Of a stretch of DNA of 64,000 bases, positions 36,995-50,492 are shown piece by piece; the first letter of the stretch is position 1, and every line of letters begins with the position of its first letter. The translations under genes and the position numbers were made by a program. Under the pieces are notes generated by a model. It had not been told where the DNA came from. It made no database searches and was given only the letters and a program-made list of their open reading frames with translations. Source of the DNA: Calcarisporiella thermophila CBS 279.70 (lineage: Eukaryota; Fungi; Calcarisporiellomycota); the NCBI RefSeq assembly GCF_041956535.1, contig NW_027192209.1:136092-200091 (forward strand), in the 5' to 3' direction.

Positions 36995-38698
36995 AGTGCC
37001 ATGGTGAGCCCAGCCAGTTCAGTAGCCGTGTTATGTATCCACCATCGCTGACTCCCCTCATTGCTAAAGATATCTGCTTGTAACAACCCTGGCTGAACTT
37101 GTAGGGCAGCACGCTTTGTGATATTTATTATTTTTATTGACCAACCCTTCCCTACCCTCGCTGTTTTTATTTTTATTTCTTACCTATGCAAACTTCGTAT
37201 AACCCTCCTTAAAAAAAGTGAGCCAAGAAGATTTTCATTTTTGTCTTCCCTAATAATTTTTGTCTACCCTAATACTTTTGTACCTAAGTTATAAAGTCTA
37301 TTTCACTAATACATGCTATTTCATAAGACATATGCCCCCGTATGTATTAGTTGGGTTGAAATCGCTGGTTTAGAGAAAAATCACTAGAGAACTAAGAAAC
37401 ACAGCTAAATGAAGCACCCCCAAGCCAAAAGGCTAGTTAATCATGGAGAGCAAGTACAATAAGAAAGCCAACGTAACATCGACACCGGCTAGTGGCCTGT
37501 AGCTAATGAATCAGCACGATGAATATTTGGTAGAGAAGCTCTTTCAGCATTCTCAGGCAATCATGATCTAACTAGCAGCGTTCCTCAAGCTCTGGTGTAT
37601 CTCGTAGAGTATTTGAAAAACGAGATACGAAGATTGCAACACTTCTAAGGACTCAAGTCTTCTATTTTATCCCTCATTTCAATAAACACTTGCGGGTGCG
37701 GATATCAAGGGGTATGCTACTATCCAATTTCGCTATACACAAAGTAATAGTTCGATATACTTAGGATATATATCAATCTATTACCATATCTTGTTCAATA
37801 ATGCGGGAAATAAAGAAAATATTAAAAGTTGCAATAAGTTCGAGCATTTATGCTGTTTTACGCCTTGACATGATAGTGGTAACCTAGACCTTATTAATCT
37901 GACTACGCAACGAGAATGTGTTTTTATGTTGAGTTTTGAATGGTTTGTTTTTTTTTCCACTATATTCCCGCAATTCTATGTTCTTAAGGGTATTAACAAA
38001 ATTACTGTTTAATATCACTGACTCTCAACCAATGCTAATTGGATTGCATGAACCTCTGACTCCCTCCCTCCATGCACTAGACATTTACGTTCGAATTGAA
38101 ATGGACCCATTATTTGGAATTATATAACTCAATAGCTAATTATGAACAAAATGTCGTGGGCTTAGTAAGGTACGCGCTCCACTTGAACAGAAGACGGTCC
38201 CAAGTTGCACCACTTTACTCTTGCTACTGAGCCTCCATGATAAGGATGGCTTACTATCAAGCGTCCCCAAGTAATAGAGCTCAAGCTTTTGATGATGTTT
38301 AATGAAAAGAGAAGAATGAATGAGCTCCCCTTTATATAGCCCCCGGCAAAGCGTAAATATCGGATTTCAGAAACTATCAGCTTTGTGACTTTTTAAGAAC
38401 ATTGAAGTGATGCTATTTTCAAAAGGGAGGATTTTCATATAGCTTAAAATACAAAGAGCCTTGTTAAAAAAAATAATATTCAAGAGGACCATAAGTTCTG
38501 TCATCGACAGAATGGTGAGAGAGGAAGGAAAAGCTATTCCATTTTACAAACGAAGAGCTGAATACTCGAGAAGACTCTATAGAAAAGATATTATGAAGAT
38601 AAACAAAAGGGAAGATAATTTAAAGTAAATAAACACTTCTAAGCTAAACATTAATACTAAGAGAAGAGAGGGATCGAAGATGGATGGTGCAGCAATGA

Positions 38699-38881
38699 CT
38701 AGTCTTTAAAGTTGAGATGAAGACCATGGCAACTCGGGTTTGGACTTGGATTCTGGCAAAATGCTCGTTTCTCCTTCTCCGCCGCACCGATGCCATTCTG
38801 ATGCGCCAGTGTGTCAGCCGTAATGAGCTGACACATAGAAAGCAATATTAGAAGTGCGGCTAGCCTTGTTGTTGTTGCCAT
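38699..38881 (-). CDS. Small secreted Cys-loop peptide precursor B (60 aa), Kex2-type KR site
   Basis: MATTTRLAALLILLSMCQLITA-DTLAHQNGIGAAEKEKR-AFCQNPSPNPSCHGLHLNFKD: signal peptide, propeptide, KR, then a 2-Cys mature peptide. Confidence 0.7.
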   Translation of the reverse strand: MATTTRLAALLILLSMCQLITADTLAHQNGIGAAEKEKRAFCQNPSPNPSCHGLHLNFKD

Positions 38882-39870
38882 CAGCGATTCTTCCGAGTAA
38901 AAGAGCAACGTGAAGAAAGACAGCAGGGAGATTAAATGGGATGGAAAATAAAGTTAAATTGTGGCCTGAGGGATTGCGATGCGTGCTTAATAAAGGTTTT
39001 TTTCGAGTAAGACAATTCATAGGGAGAGTAGGCGAGAAATAAAAAAAAAAACGGGTTTCTTGTATTTTGGAGAAAATTAAAACACCATTTGCATTCTGGT
39101 GCAGAGGCGATATCTAATTAGACTGGATTGGATGCAATTCCCACGCAATTTATCAAGCACTCGTTTTCTCTTTTTTTGGGATATTGCGTTAGACCGACAC
39201 CGACTCCTCGCACTATCAAGCAAAGTAAAGCGTGGCTTTTGGCAGCCAAGGCTAATAACAAACCATGAAAATGGGCAGCTGGACAGCCCTTAGTTTAACT
39301 TTGCTAAATTGGGATCTCCTATTCTGGAAAAGATGAGAACGGCGAAGGAAGGAAATCGGTATCGCGTTGCGTCGGTGGCAAAACGGAAAAGAAATTGGAA
39401 GGCATTCATGGAAAACGGAAAAGAGAAGAAAAAAAAAAATAGAAATTCAAGACATTTGAGATTTGGCAAGGTTGTTCTAATATTAGCCGTATCAAGGGCA
39501 TGTTTCGTAAGATATCAATTTCTAACCGGAATTGATTGTCGAGCAAAATACTTGAAATGCAAATTGGTGCGCTGCCATCCAGTCATTTCAATCCTGGCCA
39601 GGCTTACAGTTGAATTGTGCTCTATCGGGTTTTTCTCAGTGATTGGGCCATAGGCGAAAAGACTTTATGGTATTATTGTGAGGAGGAGGAAGAGGATCGA
39701 AAAATAGAAGTGACATCTTTTTGAATCCTTTTTGCTCACGCTGCTAGGAGGGCCAGAAATATTCTCGAGTGTGTCGTGTTGATAGAATATATAAAATAGT
39801 AAAACATTCAATAGTTACAAGGGATAAACAGAGTATAAAGATAGAGAGAAAAAAAGCAATGAAAAAAAAA

Positions 39871-40425
39871 TTAACTAACATCTACTAATAACTCCTTTTC
39901 CAGTATGAACTTCCCCTCCTTGTACCGTTGGTTTTCTTCAAACGCACGCACCTAACGAACCATGTTGTCAGCAAAGAGAGAAAAAAAAAAGCATCCAGGA
40001 TCAACCAAGTAGCTTACGTATTTCCACCCTAGTACAGAATGACAGTGTACACAAAAAATGTCCCGAACCGTGTGACGCCCCGTTAGCATCTCCCGGTCTA
40101 CTGAATCACCCTCGACTACGTTCACGCTATGGAAGAGATAACGAGTCAGTGTTTTCTCAGGGTATGATGCCGCTATGAAAAATAAAGAAGCAGAATGCTA
40201 GCATACACAGTGCGAAAGAGAAATGCTCGGCCATGCTGTCCATTAAAAGACTGTTTTCACAAAATAGATCATTAATACAATGTCGAACCATCCAAAGGGG
40301 AGAGTAGGGGAGACATTGAATCATACCTTGGATATAATGTTTTCGTTCGTAGAGAGATGCGTTCGACACTGGCTGCATCCGTAAATACGATTGCCGTTGA
40401 GATAAGTCTTATACTTGAGGCCCAT
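39871..40425 (-). CDS. Yippee-like zinc-binding protein (Moh1/YPEL), 4 exons, absent from ORF track
   Basis: Spliced translation MGLKYKTYLNGNRIYGCSQCRTHLSTNENIISK|SFNGQHGRAFLFRTV|VNVVEGDSVDREMLTGRHTVRDIFCVHCHSVLGWKY|VRAFEENQRYKEGKFILEKELLVDVS*; two CxxC pairs. Confidence 0.95.
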
Positions 40426-41135
40426 CTTTAAAGGAGAAGATGAATTCTGGGCGAAGGGACAGGTTTATGAAATGACTTTTCACAATGAGACGCAGTGTAC
40501 AGCGAGAGTGAGCTGAGAGCTCCAAGGCCTAGAGTGGTGGCAAAAGGTTGATGGTAAGAGGCCAAGAAGCAATATTTAGAGATTGGCTAGAGAGATTGGA
40601 AAGGATTTTTGGCAGTGCTGCCGTTTGGAGCGAAACAATTAAAACGGGGCTTTTCAGAGGAAGAAAATTTGCCGCCTTTCTCTGAGCTTAAAAGTTAGAG
40701 AGGGAGTTAATTTGATGGATGGCAAAAGCAGAGTGGAAGAAAAATGGGAAGCAGAATAAGTCTCTACGCGGGGAGAGGGAGGAATACTAATGATTATTTC
40801 ATTATACCTGTGGTAGTGCTATACTATTAGATCCAGAAGCACTTTTCTTGGTACAGACTGCTGTGCAAGAAAAATATTAAAAATGGAGCCCTCCAACAGT
40901 GGCAGAATTGCAAGGGAAGAATGAAAAGTGGATAGATTACATTTAATGGAGTACAATTCTAGGGTAGAGCTTTTGGGTTGTTTCTCTCGAAGCTAAGGAA
41001 AACCAAGGAGAGGCAAACGAAGAAAAGTTCTCAACGCGTGAAGAGTCCTTTCAATTTTTCAAAGTCACTTGCTGGGACCAATCACAGCCTTCAAGAGCCA
41101 CTTTGTTTGATAGTAGCGAAGCCGAGAATTCACAA

Positions 41136-42337
41136 ATGCTCTCGCCATTTTCCAGACGGCCCATCTACTCCCTGCGCAATTATCATCCCGTAAAAACATC
41201 CACCCTATCATGCCAGAACCAGCCACGAGGTATTCCAGCTGGGAGAATGAAGCCTTGCCGCCATGGACGCCGATCGCTTGCTTCCCTGTCTGATTCCACC
41301 GCATTGACATTTGACTGGAAGACTGCAGGGATTATTTTTGTGGGCGTACCGCTTGGCCTGTATTTCTACAAGGTAATCTGCGCTCTGCTGCTTAGATATT
41401 GGTGGTCAACTGTATTTGTTCTGTTTTTTGTTTTCCCAAAGTGCGTGTCGATGATACTTCTTCAGTCCAAACTCATATACATCCCATGGCTGCCCCTTGG
41501 CTCGCGGTACATGGAGTTCACAAAGGAGCATACTACTGGGCTTAACTACGAAGAGGTGGCCATTCCTTCAAAAAACTGCACCCTTCGTGGGCTCCTCATT
41601 CATCCTTCCAGAGAAAGCTTAACCCATCCGGTAATAATCTATCTTCAAGGGTACGATCCAGAATTTCTGGAGTCAATGTAGTCATCTCCTAAATGTATTT
41701 TCTGTCTACTAGAAATGCAGGAAATATGGTTCATCGCATGCCCATTTTCCGATCTCTTCATAAAGTCGTTCCTGATGCATACATCCTGGGAGTATGTTAT
41801 CGGGGATACGGCTCCTCCAGTGGGTATCCTTCAGAACGGGGGATCAAAGCTGATGCTCAATCCATATTAGACTATGCCGCCACACGGTTCAACCGTCACC
41901 CATTATTCATCTACGGGCACTCGCTTGGCGGTGCCGCCGCCATTCATCTCGCCACGACGTCTCGCCATCTCCTTGCTGGAGTTATCCTCGAGAATACATT
42001 TCTCTCCATTGAGCAAATGGTGGCCTCCCTCTATCCACAACGCTGGCTTCCGTATAAATATCTCGCGCGCTATTTCTTATGGAATCGATGGGAGAGTGAG
42101 CGGATTATAGAAAATGTCAGGACACCCATTCTGTTTTTGGCAAGTGAGCATGATGAGGTTGTACCGAAGGAGCACATGCAAATACTCTATGGAAAGGCCA
42201 AGCTTGCCGAGAACAGGGTCTTTGTGGCATTTCCAAAAGGAATGCACGAAAATGCTCATATACAGCGTGGATGGGGAGTCGCCATGAGGGAATTTGTAGA
42301 AAAAAACAAGGCTCGATGTTGCTCGGCGGAAGAATAA
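41136..42337 (+). CDS. Alpha/beta hydrolase, ABHD13/Bem46 family
   Basis: TM helix, LLQSKLIYIP, IIYLQG|NAGNM, YRGYGSSSGYPSERGI, GHSLGG nucleophile elbow, LENTFLSI, PILFLASEHDEVVP, GMHE; basic N-terminus may be a targeting peptide. Confidence 0.92.
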
Positions 42338-42604
42338 AACCTCTGCTAAACTTCGAGGCAAAGAAAAGAGTCGGAAAATCTTTACTTTCTAGAAATCCCT
42401 CGTTTATGCTTTATCCCAATTAGGGAGTGTGACTGTCTTCTGACCTGACGGAATATGACAAACCAAAATTGTTTATTAATCCAAGAGTTTCCATTAAATA
42501 GGGATTCGACTACAGTATTTTTCTTTTCTTACATTCATTAAAGACGTTGCAATTTCTCTTTCCATTTCCACTAGAATCAGGTTATATATTTTTTTTTTAT
42601 CGAA

Positions 42605-43582
42605 ATGAGCGTTAGTGAACAAATCAATTACATTATCCGAAAGTTACATCACCCTGATGGCGAACCTCCTGTCATCTTTTTCGACTGTGATAATTGCCTC
42701 TATCATCGTCGTTCTGGTGTGAGTGAACACATGAAGAAGAGGTAAGGAAGCCGGCTGACTACTTCATCCCTGAATTAATTGTGAACTAATTATGTCTCCA
42801 TTGAGTAGAATTCGGGCCTATTTTGTGAAAATAGGAATTCCAGAAGACCAAGGTAAATTAGGAGCCTTTTTCTAATGCATACCGTGCTCTAAACCCAATA
42901 TTGGATATTAGCGGCCTCACTTCACAAGAAGTACTACTCCGAATACGGTCTAGCTATCCGTGGCCTTATTGCCCATCACTCTGATAAGGTGGACCCCGTA
43001 GACTACGATCTCAAGGTAGACGGAGGGCTTCCTCTGGACGAACTTCTGCGACCTGACCCACAACTCCGTCGAATGCTCGAGACAATCCCAAGGGGTGTAA
43101 AGAAGTGGGTGTTTACCAATGCTGGTGAAGCACACGCTCGTCGCTGTCTGAGAATATTGGGGATAGACGACTTATTCGATGGAATAACGTATTGCGACTA
43201 CTCGAAGCCAGGATTCCATTGCAAGCCAGAGCTGCCGTACTATGAGCAAGCGATGCAAGAGGCGGGGGTTAAGGACCCTCGGCGGTGTATCCTCATCGAC
43301 GACTCCCTCGTCAACATCTTAGCTGCCAGGGAGTTCGGCTGGCATGCCGTGCATGTGACAGATCCGGTTGTCACAGATGACCCGCGGTTCGTTATTAACA
43401 CCATCACCGATCTCCCGAAAGCGCTGCCAGAGCTCTGGGAAACTCCTAGCGAAAGTGAGGCGAATACCAAGACCCATCCCTCCACCTCCGATAAAAATAT
43501 TCGCGTGGACGCTAGGGTGGATTCCTATATGACTGGAGCCGGGCCCGCAGCCAAAACAGAGAAAGTGGCTGCCGGCTACTAA
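42605..43582 (+). CDS. HAD-superfamily pyrimidine 5'-nucleotidase (Sdt1/Phm8 family)
   Basis: IFFDCDNCLY (motif I), YYSEYGLAIRGL, VDGGLPLDELLRPDPQLR, KWVFTNA, CKPE, ILIDDSLVNI. Confidence 0.93.
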
Positions 43583-44332
43583 AACTCCAGGTTAAGTTTG
43601 GAATTGCATCATGGCCTTTTGACTCAAATCTGTAAATATATCTTGCCTCTAATTTTCGCCATTAGAGATTTATTTTAGAATTTGAACTTTTAGACATGTT
43701 CTTTTCTGTGCTATATGCTTTTTGCTTTTTTCAGCGCTTTAAATTATGTAATTCCCTCCTCCTCTTTCTCCTCCTTCTCCTTCTATCCCCCTCCGCTCCT
43801 TCGCTCCTCCCTTCCCCCCTTTTTCTAATTTCCTGTGAATAAACTCGTTCTTCAAGGAAGACGCCAGACAAAATACGCCTCCAATCTAGAAATATACTCT
43901 AGGCTTCTCTATACTTCGACCTAAATAAATATTTTTTTGCAAATAAAAGGACGACCTTTTATTTGCAAAAAAAAAATAGCCGCCAAACGTGGCTACATTC
44001 ACATTGATGGGCTGCAAATGGTGATGATAGATGAGGAGGCAAGAGAGAAAAAAAAAGCATCCTTAGATACTTTTCAGTCTTTTTGGTTGGGTTGCAGGCA
44101 TTCGCTGGTGAATGGGTCTTGACTGTTTGAGTTAGAGGAATATTTGACGCGGACATCCCACCACGGACCCCAGCAACTAACGGAATAGGAAGGCTAGCTT
44201 AAGAATGAAAGGGGATTGAGAAGCTATATTATAGATTAGATGTCTAAAATAAGGGTACCCTATCCAACAGAAATAAGCAAAACAAATATACATGAGTAGA
44301 TGAAGAACGGATTAGGTTATTTATGTACAAAG

Positions 44333-45531
44333 CTACATCATAAACCCTCTTGATAATGAGGTCGGGGAGTCGAGGTGTCGGTGGGACTTGTTGGGGGATT
44401 CGATGATCGAGATAGGAGGGGTGAGTGGAGAATGAGGGTCCACGGGGGAGCCTATTGACTCGAGTGGACCGAAGGGCTGCCGAGAATTGGGGAGTGGCCG
44501 TGACGGAATTGGCTGGCCTTGGTTCGGAGCCTCCTTCTCGTACCTATATGCTCCTCCATCTATCACTTGGGTTGGGCTTAACCGTCGGTTCTCACCACCG
44601 CCTCCCTCTACATCCTTCTCTCCCGGCTCCTCCTCAAGCTCCGCTTCGGATTCATCCCACATATCTTCGTCCTCCTTCCGGTCCTCCTCCTCATCCCCCT
44701 CGTTTCCATCCTCTCTCTCTTCGCTTTCGAAGGAATCTAGCTCGCTCGCGTCCAGGGGCCGCTGTCGTAGCCACCCCATCCGCGGTCCCGATTTGCTCTT
44801 GGGCGACACTCGAAAGCCAAAAATCCGTGCTTCGTACACCTTGTTGACGCTGGGGCTGGGCACAAGTTCAGGATAGGTATCGAAGAGGAGGTGTGGGAAT
44901 GTCGAGCCGAAGTAAGCACCTAGAGTCACAAGTCAAGTTTGAATTAGGGGAAGTGGTGTGGGGAGACCAGGGAAATCAAACAAGCTACCGTCTATCGTCG
45001 CGTAACGAGAGCTTGTAGGGTTATATATGTCTTGACAAAGAGGACAAAACACTTTGACCGTGTCGAGTCCAGGGAAGTCGTATCTCCCGCAGGGAACGAC
45101 AAAACTTTGTCGACAATATACGCGCGGGCATGTTCCAAAGTCACCGTGTTCGAACTTGTTCATCTAAAGCCACGGGGAAAGAAAAGTTGATGGAACAACG
45201 AAAAAGAGAAGCGGGGTAGAGACTCTCTTACCATATCCTCTAATCCACCGAGAGTTAAGATGTATCGCTGGTGAATTAAGCCATAGAGTAGCTCTGCACT
45301 TTGCGAGATGAGGGGCTCGTCGAGCAGCATGTCATCCATAGACTCAATGTCCAAGATCATTTCGAGGGCCTCGCGAAAATACGGCACCAAATTTGCAAGC
45401 CCCGTGAGGTTGAAATCATCTTCGATAAACTCCTCAGGTACCTCAGTAAAGAAGCCCCCCGAACGTGCACAGAACCATTCGATCCAGGAATCGTATTCGG
45501 CACTTTCGTTGGTAGAGTCTAAGCGATGCAT
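44333..45531 (-). CDS. Casein kinase II regulatory beta subunit
   Basis: SWIEWFC, EVPEEFIEDDFNLTGL, AELLYGLIHQRYILT, FGTCPRVYC...VKVFCPLCQDIY zinc ribbon, IDG|AYFGSTFPHL, YEARIFGFRV; acidic C-terminal extension. Confidence 0.96.
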
Positions 45532-47285
45532 GGTAGACAAAAGAATTCAGCCTCATTCCTACAAAATCTCATCCATCCCTACCGTTAGCCAAGGTTAAAT
45601 CCATTTTGCAAAGCTGGAAAAATAAAACGCAAAATGCCGGCTGCTTGTGTTTGGTTGTGAGCTCAGTTAGCAGCGAAATAGTGTCCCAACATCTAAAGAT
45701 CTTGTTCGTGTTCGAGTTGCTGGAGAGCGTTTAATGAAGGAGGATGTCTTCGAGATCATAAAATTTCATAAGATTCCCAAAATTTCTTTTCCCCGCTCTC
45801 CAAATCATAACGCCACCCTTATCATGGAGCCGGTTTTTATTCCCGTTAGATTATGGAAAGCTAAAATTCTATAATCGTCGCGAATCTTCCACCCAGCGCA
45901 ATACGCTCGGTTTTGCAATCCAGCAACGCCTCGACCGAAATTCCGGGAGGACGTACGGCCTATGCCCAGAGCCAGCCTAGGGCCAGAGCTGGCGGTGAGG
46001 TCAATTTTGAAAAATCAACATGAATCGTTGGCCCGAACCCCACGGCTCTAATGGAAAGCCTTTTCGCTATCCCCAAGCTATCCATCGAGAAACCTTGTCC
46101 TTAGCTTGTTTGAAATCCCTAAATAGAAAGGCTAATTGCAACGAAACCGCCTGCATTGTTGTGTTGACTGCCCGCGTTGATAAACATCGAATTCACACTC
46201 AGCGCCGCAATCAGGGAGGCTCCTCTGCAACAGCATAGGTTGCCCTCACGTGCTACAGAATGAATTTGACTCGAACAATGCCCAAACGGCCTCCGTCGCA
46301 TCCTAATAATAATTATTCCATTTCAGCCAAGCATTTCCAGAGAAATACAGTCGGCGGCCATCTGGAAAAGGTAGACGCTATGAAAACAAGTCGCATCACC
46401 AAGGAATCCGTGCAATTAATGGCATTACTAAGATTTTGCAGGGTGAGGACAGCAGGTGACCCAAATGAGGTTTGTTCTCCAGCAACCTCTGGATACAATC
46501 CCTCCAAGGATCTTGGGATCAACTTTGCCTCGGGTCCACTCCGTTCAATATCCTCTCGATGCTGAGGAGATTGGGAGAAGGCTCTCCAGAGCTCGGCCCT
46601 GGCTCGCGCAACCCCAGCAACCCCAGGGCCGGCCATGGTGCAAGCGCGCGCTGTCGGCCTGGGCGTCCACATGGGCCGATGCACTCTGCCACGAGCGCTT
46701 GCTGCTGTAGGTTATTTTAAGCTTGTGTACACACGCAGTCGGTTGCAATAGGTTTCAGATTCACGGATCCCTTTCATCATTTGCAATACCCATCGATCCA
46801 GTCTCGGGTTGCGCGCCAGCGTGCATAAAAGCCGCAGGATCGCGCTCATCGGGCCCGCTTTGCTGCATAGCGTCGGCAGAGACCCTCCGTGGCAGAGCTC
46901 GCGCTTGCGCAAGAAAACGGTCGAGAATCCTCAGCCAAGCACGAGTGTTCAAAAAGGACTCGGCCGAGACCAACGGCTCCCTCCCCCAGCGCTAAATAAA
47001 ACAATTCCATCGAATAGCTTATTTCCGCCCCACCAATTGGGCAATTTGTGCTCGTATCCGTAACCTTATCTGCTCTATATTTTTCCCCCGTTCCTGTTAC
47101 CCAATCTCGCTCTCCCCCTCCCCCCCTCCCACCGCTTAGGGTCTCGATTCCGCAGATCGCCTCTCATTCAATTCGCATTCTTCTATTTATCATTTGGTGG
47201 CATTGCCTGGCGCACTTCTTCCCCTCCTCTCTAGACTTTCTTCATACGTGTTTCTGGCTAAGCACGAATCCATTGCCCAATCCTC

Positions 47286-50200
47286 ATGTCATACGCTAAC
47301 TATCCACAGGGCGGCGGCGGGTACCGCGCCAATGGATATCCTCAGATGACCCAGACCTCAGGCTATCCTGCAGCTCAGGAGGGCTACGCACAAGAACATC
47401 GTCCTCAGCAGCACTATCAGCCCCCGCGACAATATCAGTCTCAACCGGGGCAATATGGCTCCCAGCATGATCTGCATCAGCCGCAGCACTATGGGAATAC
47501 ATACATCGATGAGCACTTCGATTATTTTGCCAATGAATCCGATGACCGCGGGGGACTCGTAGAACACCAAGCACCGGAGCCGGTGAGCGCTTATCCCCCC
47601 AGTCCAGAACGATCGCCTCTGCAACATAATCCCATGCAGCGATATCAAAGCGAGCACCGAATCGATATGGACTATGAGAAACGGCAGCGACAAAACTCGC
47701 AAAAAGCAAGGAATCGTCAGGTATTTGCTCGGTTCACTTGAATCCAGGCTTATCTACACAATGGGCCGCAATATCGATGTCTCATTTTTATATTGACCCG
47801 GTTCTTTTTTTTCCCTAGTCTATTCGGCATGTCGAGCTAGTGAATGGAAACTTGGTGCTGGACTGCCGTGTCCCCGAAAAGGTGCTTCGCAATGTTAATT
47901 ATACGTCGGGTGAGGAGTTCACTCACATGCGGTATACGGCCGTCACCTGCGATCCCGACGATTTTGTTAAGGAGCGCTACACACTAAGGCCTCGCCTCAT
48001 GGGACGGCAAACAGAGCTTTTCATTGTGATGACCATGTACAACGAGGACGATGAGCTATTTCTCAAGACCATGAATGCGGTGATCAAGAACGTCGCGCAT
48101 CTGTGTAGCCGTACGCGCTCCAAGACTTGGAGCCAGGATGGCTGGCAGAAGATCGTGGCATGTATTGTCTCGGACGGCCGCAACAAAATTCATCCTCGCG
48201 TTCTAAAAGTGCTTGGGGCCATGGGCGTGTATCAGGATGGTATCGCCAAGTCCGAGGTCGCTGGGAACCCTGTGACCGCGCATCTCTTCGAGTACACCAC
48301 GCAGACCATGCTTGACTCGCACATGCAGCTCCACGGAACCGACAAATGTCCCGTGCCCGTCCAAGTGCTCTTCTGCCTGAAGGAGCAGAACAAGAAAAAG
48401 CTCAACTCCCACCGGTGGTTTTTCAACGCCTTTGCGCCGCTACTGAATCCAAATGTGTGCATCTTACTGGACGTGGGCACAAAGCCTAGCTCCACATCCA
48501 TCTACCACCTGTGGAAAGGTAGGATGCCCCCCCTCCTCCGGATGGCTTGTTTGTGGCTTTCTTTTCACCCAAAATGCTTTTTTTCTTGATAGCTTTCGAT
48601 CGTAACCCGCATGTGGGTGGGGCATGCGGCGAGATCTGCGCGGAGCTCGGCAGTGGCTGGAATAATCTGATGAATCCGCTCGTTGCATCCCAAAACTTCG
48701 AGTACAAGATGTCCAATATCTTGGACAAGCCGCTTGAGTCGGTATTCGGCTACATTTCCGTGCTCCCTGGTGCTTTCTCAGCCTACCGCTACAAGGCTCT
48801 GCAAGATTCTGCTCCTGGCGTGGGGCCGCTGGCCTCCTATTTCAAGGGTGAGATGTTGCATGGGAGCTCTGCAGATGCGAATATTTTCGAGGCTAACATG
48901 TACCTGGCCGAGGACCGTATCCTTTGCTTCGAGCTCGTGGCCAAACGTAACGAGTCCTGGCTACTGAAATACGTGAAGAGCGCCAAGGCAGAGACCGACG
49001 TGCCCGACAACCTTCCCGAATTTATTTCGCAGCGCCGTCGGTGGCTCAACGGCTCCTTTTTCGCGGCCGTGTATGGCACGGCCCACTTCTTCCGTATCTA
49101 TGGGTCGGGCCATAATCCACTGAGAAAACTTTTACTGACGTTCGAGTTCTTGTATAATGGCATCAATTTGTTTTTCAATTGGTTTGCATTGGTAAGGGTT
49201 TTCTTGCAGAATTTTATTTTCGGTGTGGAGCTCCAGCTAAAGTGGGATCCATTCTATGATTAGGGAAACTTTTATCTTGCCTTCTTTTTCCTTGGAAATG
49301 CTTCCACCCCCTCGCTAGTCTGTAAAGAGGACGCATGTGTGAAACTGTCGAGAGAAGGCATCCCGGATCCTTTCTTTGGTAGGGGTGAAGATATTTTCCC
49401 CTTTGCTCGTAATCTCTATATCATGGTACGTGGCGATCAATGAATCCCTTTACCCCCTTCCCCTTCTTAATTAACGAGATCTTCATGTTACTTATTTCTT
49501 TAGGTTATCGTGATCATATTTATTTCGGCCATGGGTAACCGTCCTCAAGGTTCCAAGTGGCTCTATCGGATTTGTGTTGTACTCTTTGCAATCATTATGG
49601 GAATTATGGTAATGACTCGCACCAGCAAGTAATGCTGTGTCATTTAGTGCTTTTTTCCCCTCCCATTTTATTAACCACCGCTTTTTATCGCGCTCGCCTG
49701 CTTCGTCGTGCTTAGCTTTATATTTCTGGGTTTGCCATTTGGAAAACGGTCTCCACCGCGGGCGGCATTAAGGATATTCCAAACCTCGTGAAAACGCAGC
49801 CCATCTTCCGCGATATGATCATCTCCCTTGGCTCGACCTATCTTCTCTATTTTGTCTCTTCTTTCTTGCATATGGAGCCGTGGCATATGTTCACCTCCTT
49901 CATCCAGTATCTCTTCCTCATGCCCTCCTACATCAATATCCTCATGGTATATGCCTTCTGTAATACCCACGACGTCTCTTGGGGGACAAAAGGCGATAAC
50001 GGAGCTGCGTCATTGGGGGCGGCCCAGGTGACCAAGATGGAGAACGGAAAGCAGGTTGTGAAAGTGGAGGTGCCCACCGAGCAACATGATATCAACCAGG
50101 CCTATGAGGAGATGCTGAAGGAGCTGGCGGTTCCGGAGGTGAAGGAGAAGCAAAAACGAGACGCAAAGACGAAGCAAGAGGACTACTACAAACTCTTCCG

Positions 50201-50492
50201 CACCAACCTGGTTCTCAGCTGGGCCTTCTCGAACGCCCTTCTGATCATCATCATGACTAGTAGTAGGGTGAATGAATTCATTTCTCATAAGAATCCAGAT
50301 GCGTCCAAGACATACAATCCCTACCTGACAGTAAGTTCTCCAATCTTTTTAATATCTACATTTTCATAACCTCCTCGTCTCTCCCCCCCCCCACCCCCTT
50401 AGTTCATCTTCTGGTCTGTCGCGTTTCTAAGTGCGGTGCGGTTTGTCGGATGTGTCTCGTATCTTATTTTAAGGCTGATATTCGGCGGCTAG
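47286..50492 (+). CDS. Chitin synthase, division 1 (class I/II-like, no myosin domain)
   Basis: [110 protein letters not shown]. Confidence 0.97.

Noticed and set aside
37238-37290. Three degenerate copies of a roughly 19-bp unit (ttttgtctwccctaata)
   Set aside because: Short AT-rich tandem duplication without spacers; not CRISPR-like and no evident function.
44322-44329. Pumilio element TGTACATA just after the CK2 beta stop codon (minus strand), and TGTAAATA after SDT1
   Set aside because: 8-mers of this composition are expected by chance in AT-rich UTRs; cannot be linked to the PUF gene without conservation data.
46000-47060. GC-rich stretch with many overlapping 60-120 aa ORFs between CK2 beta and chitin synthase
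   Set aside because: No recognisable domains or consistent splice pattern; most simply a long divergent promoter/5' region.
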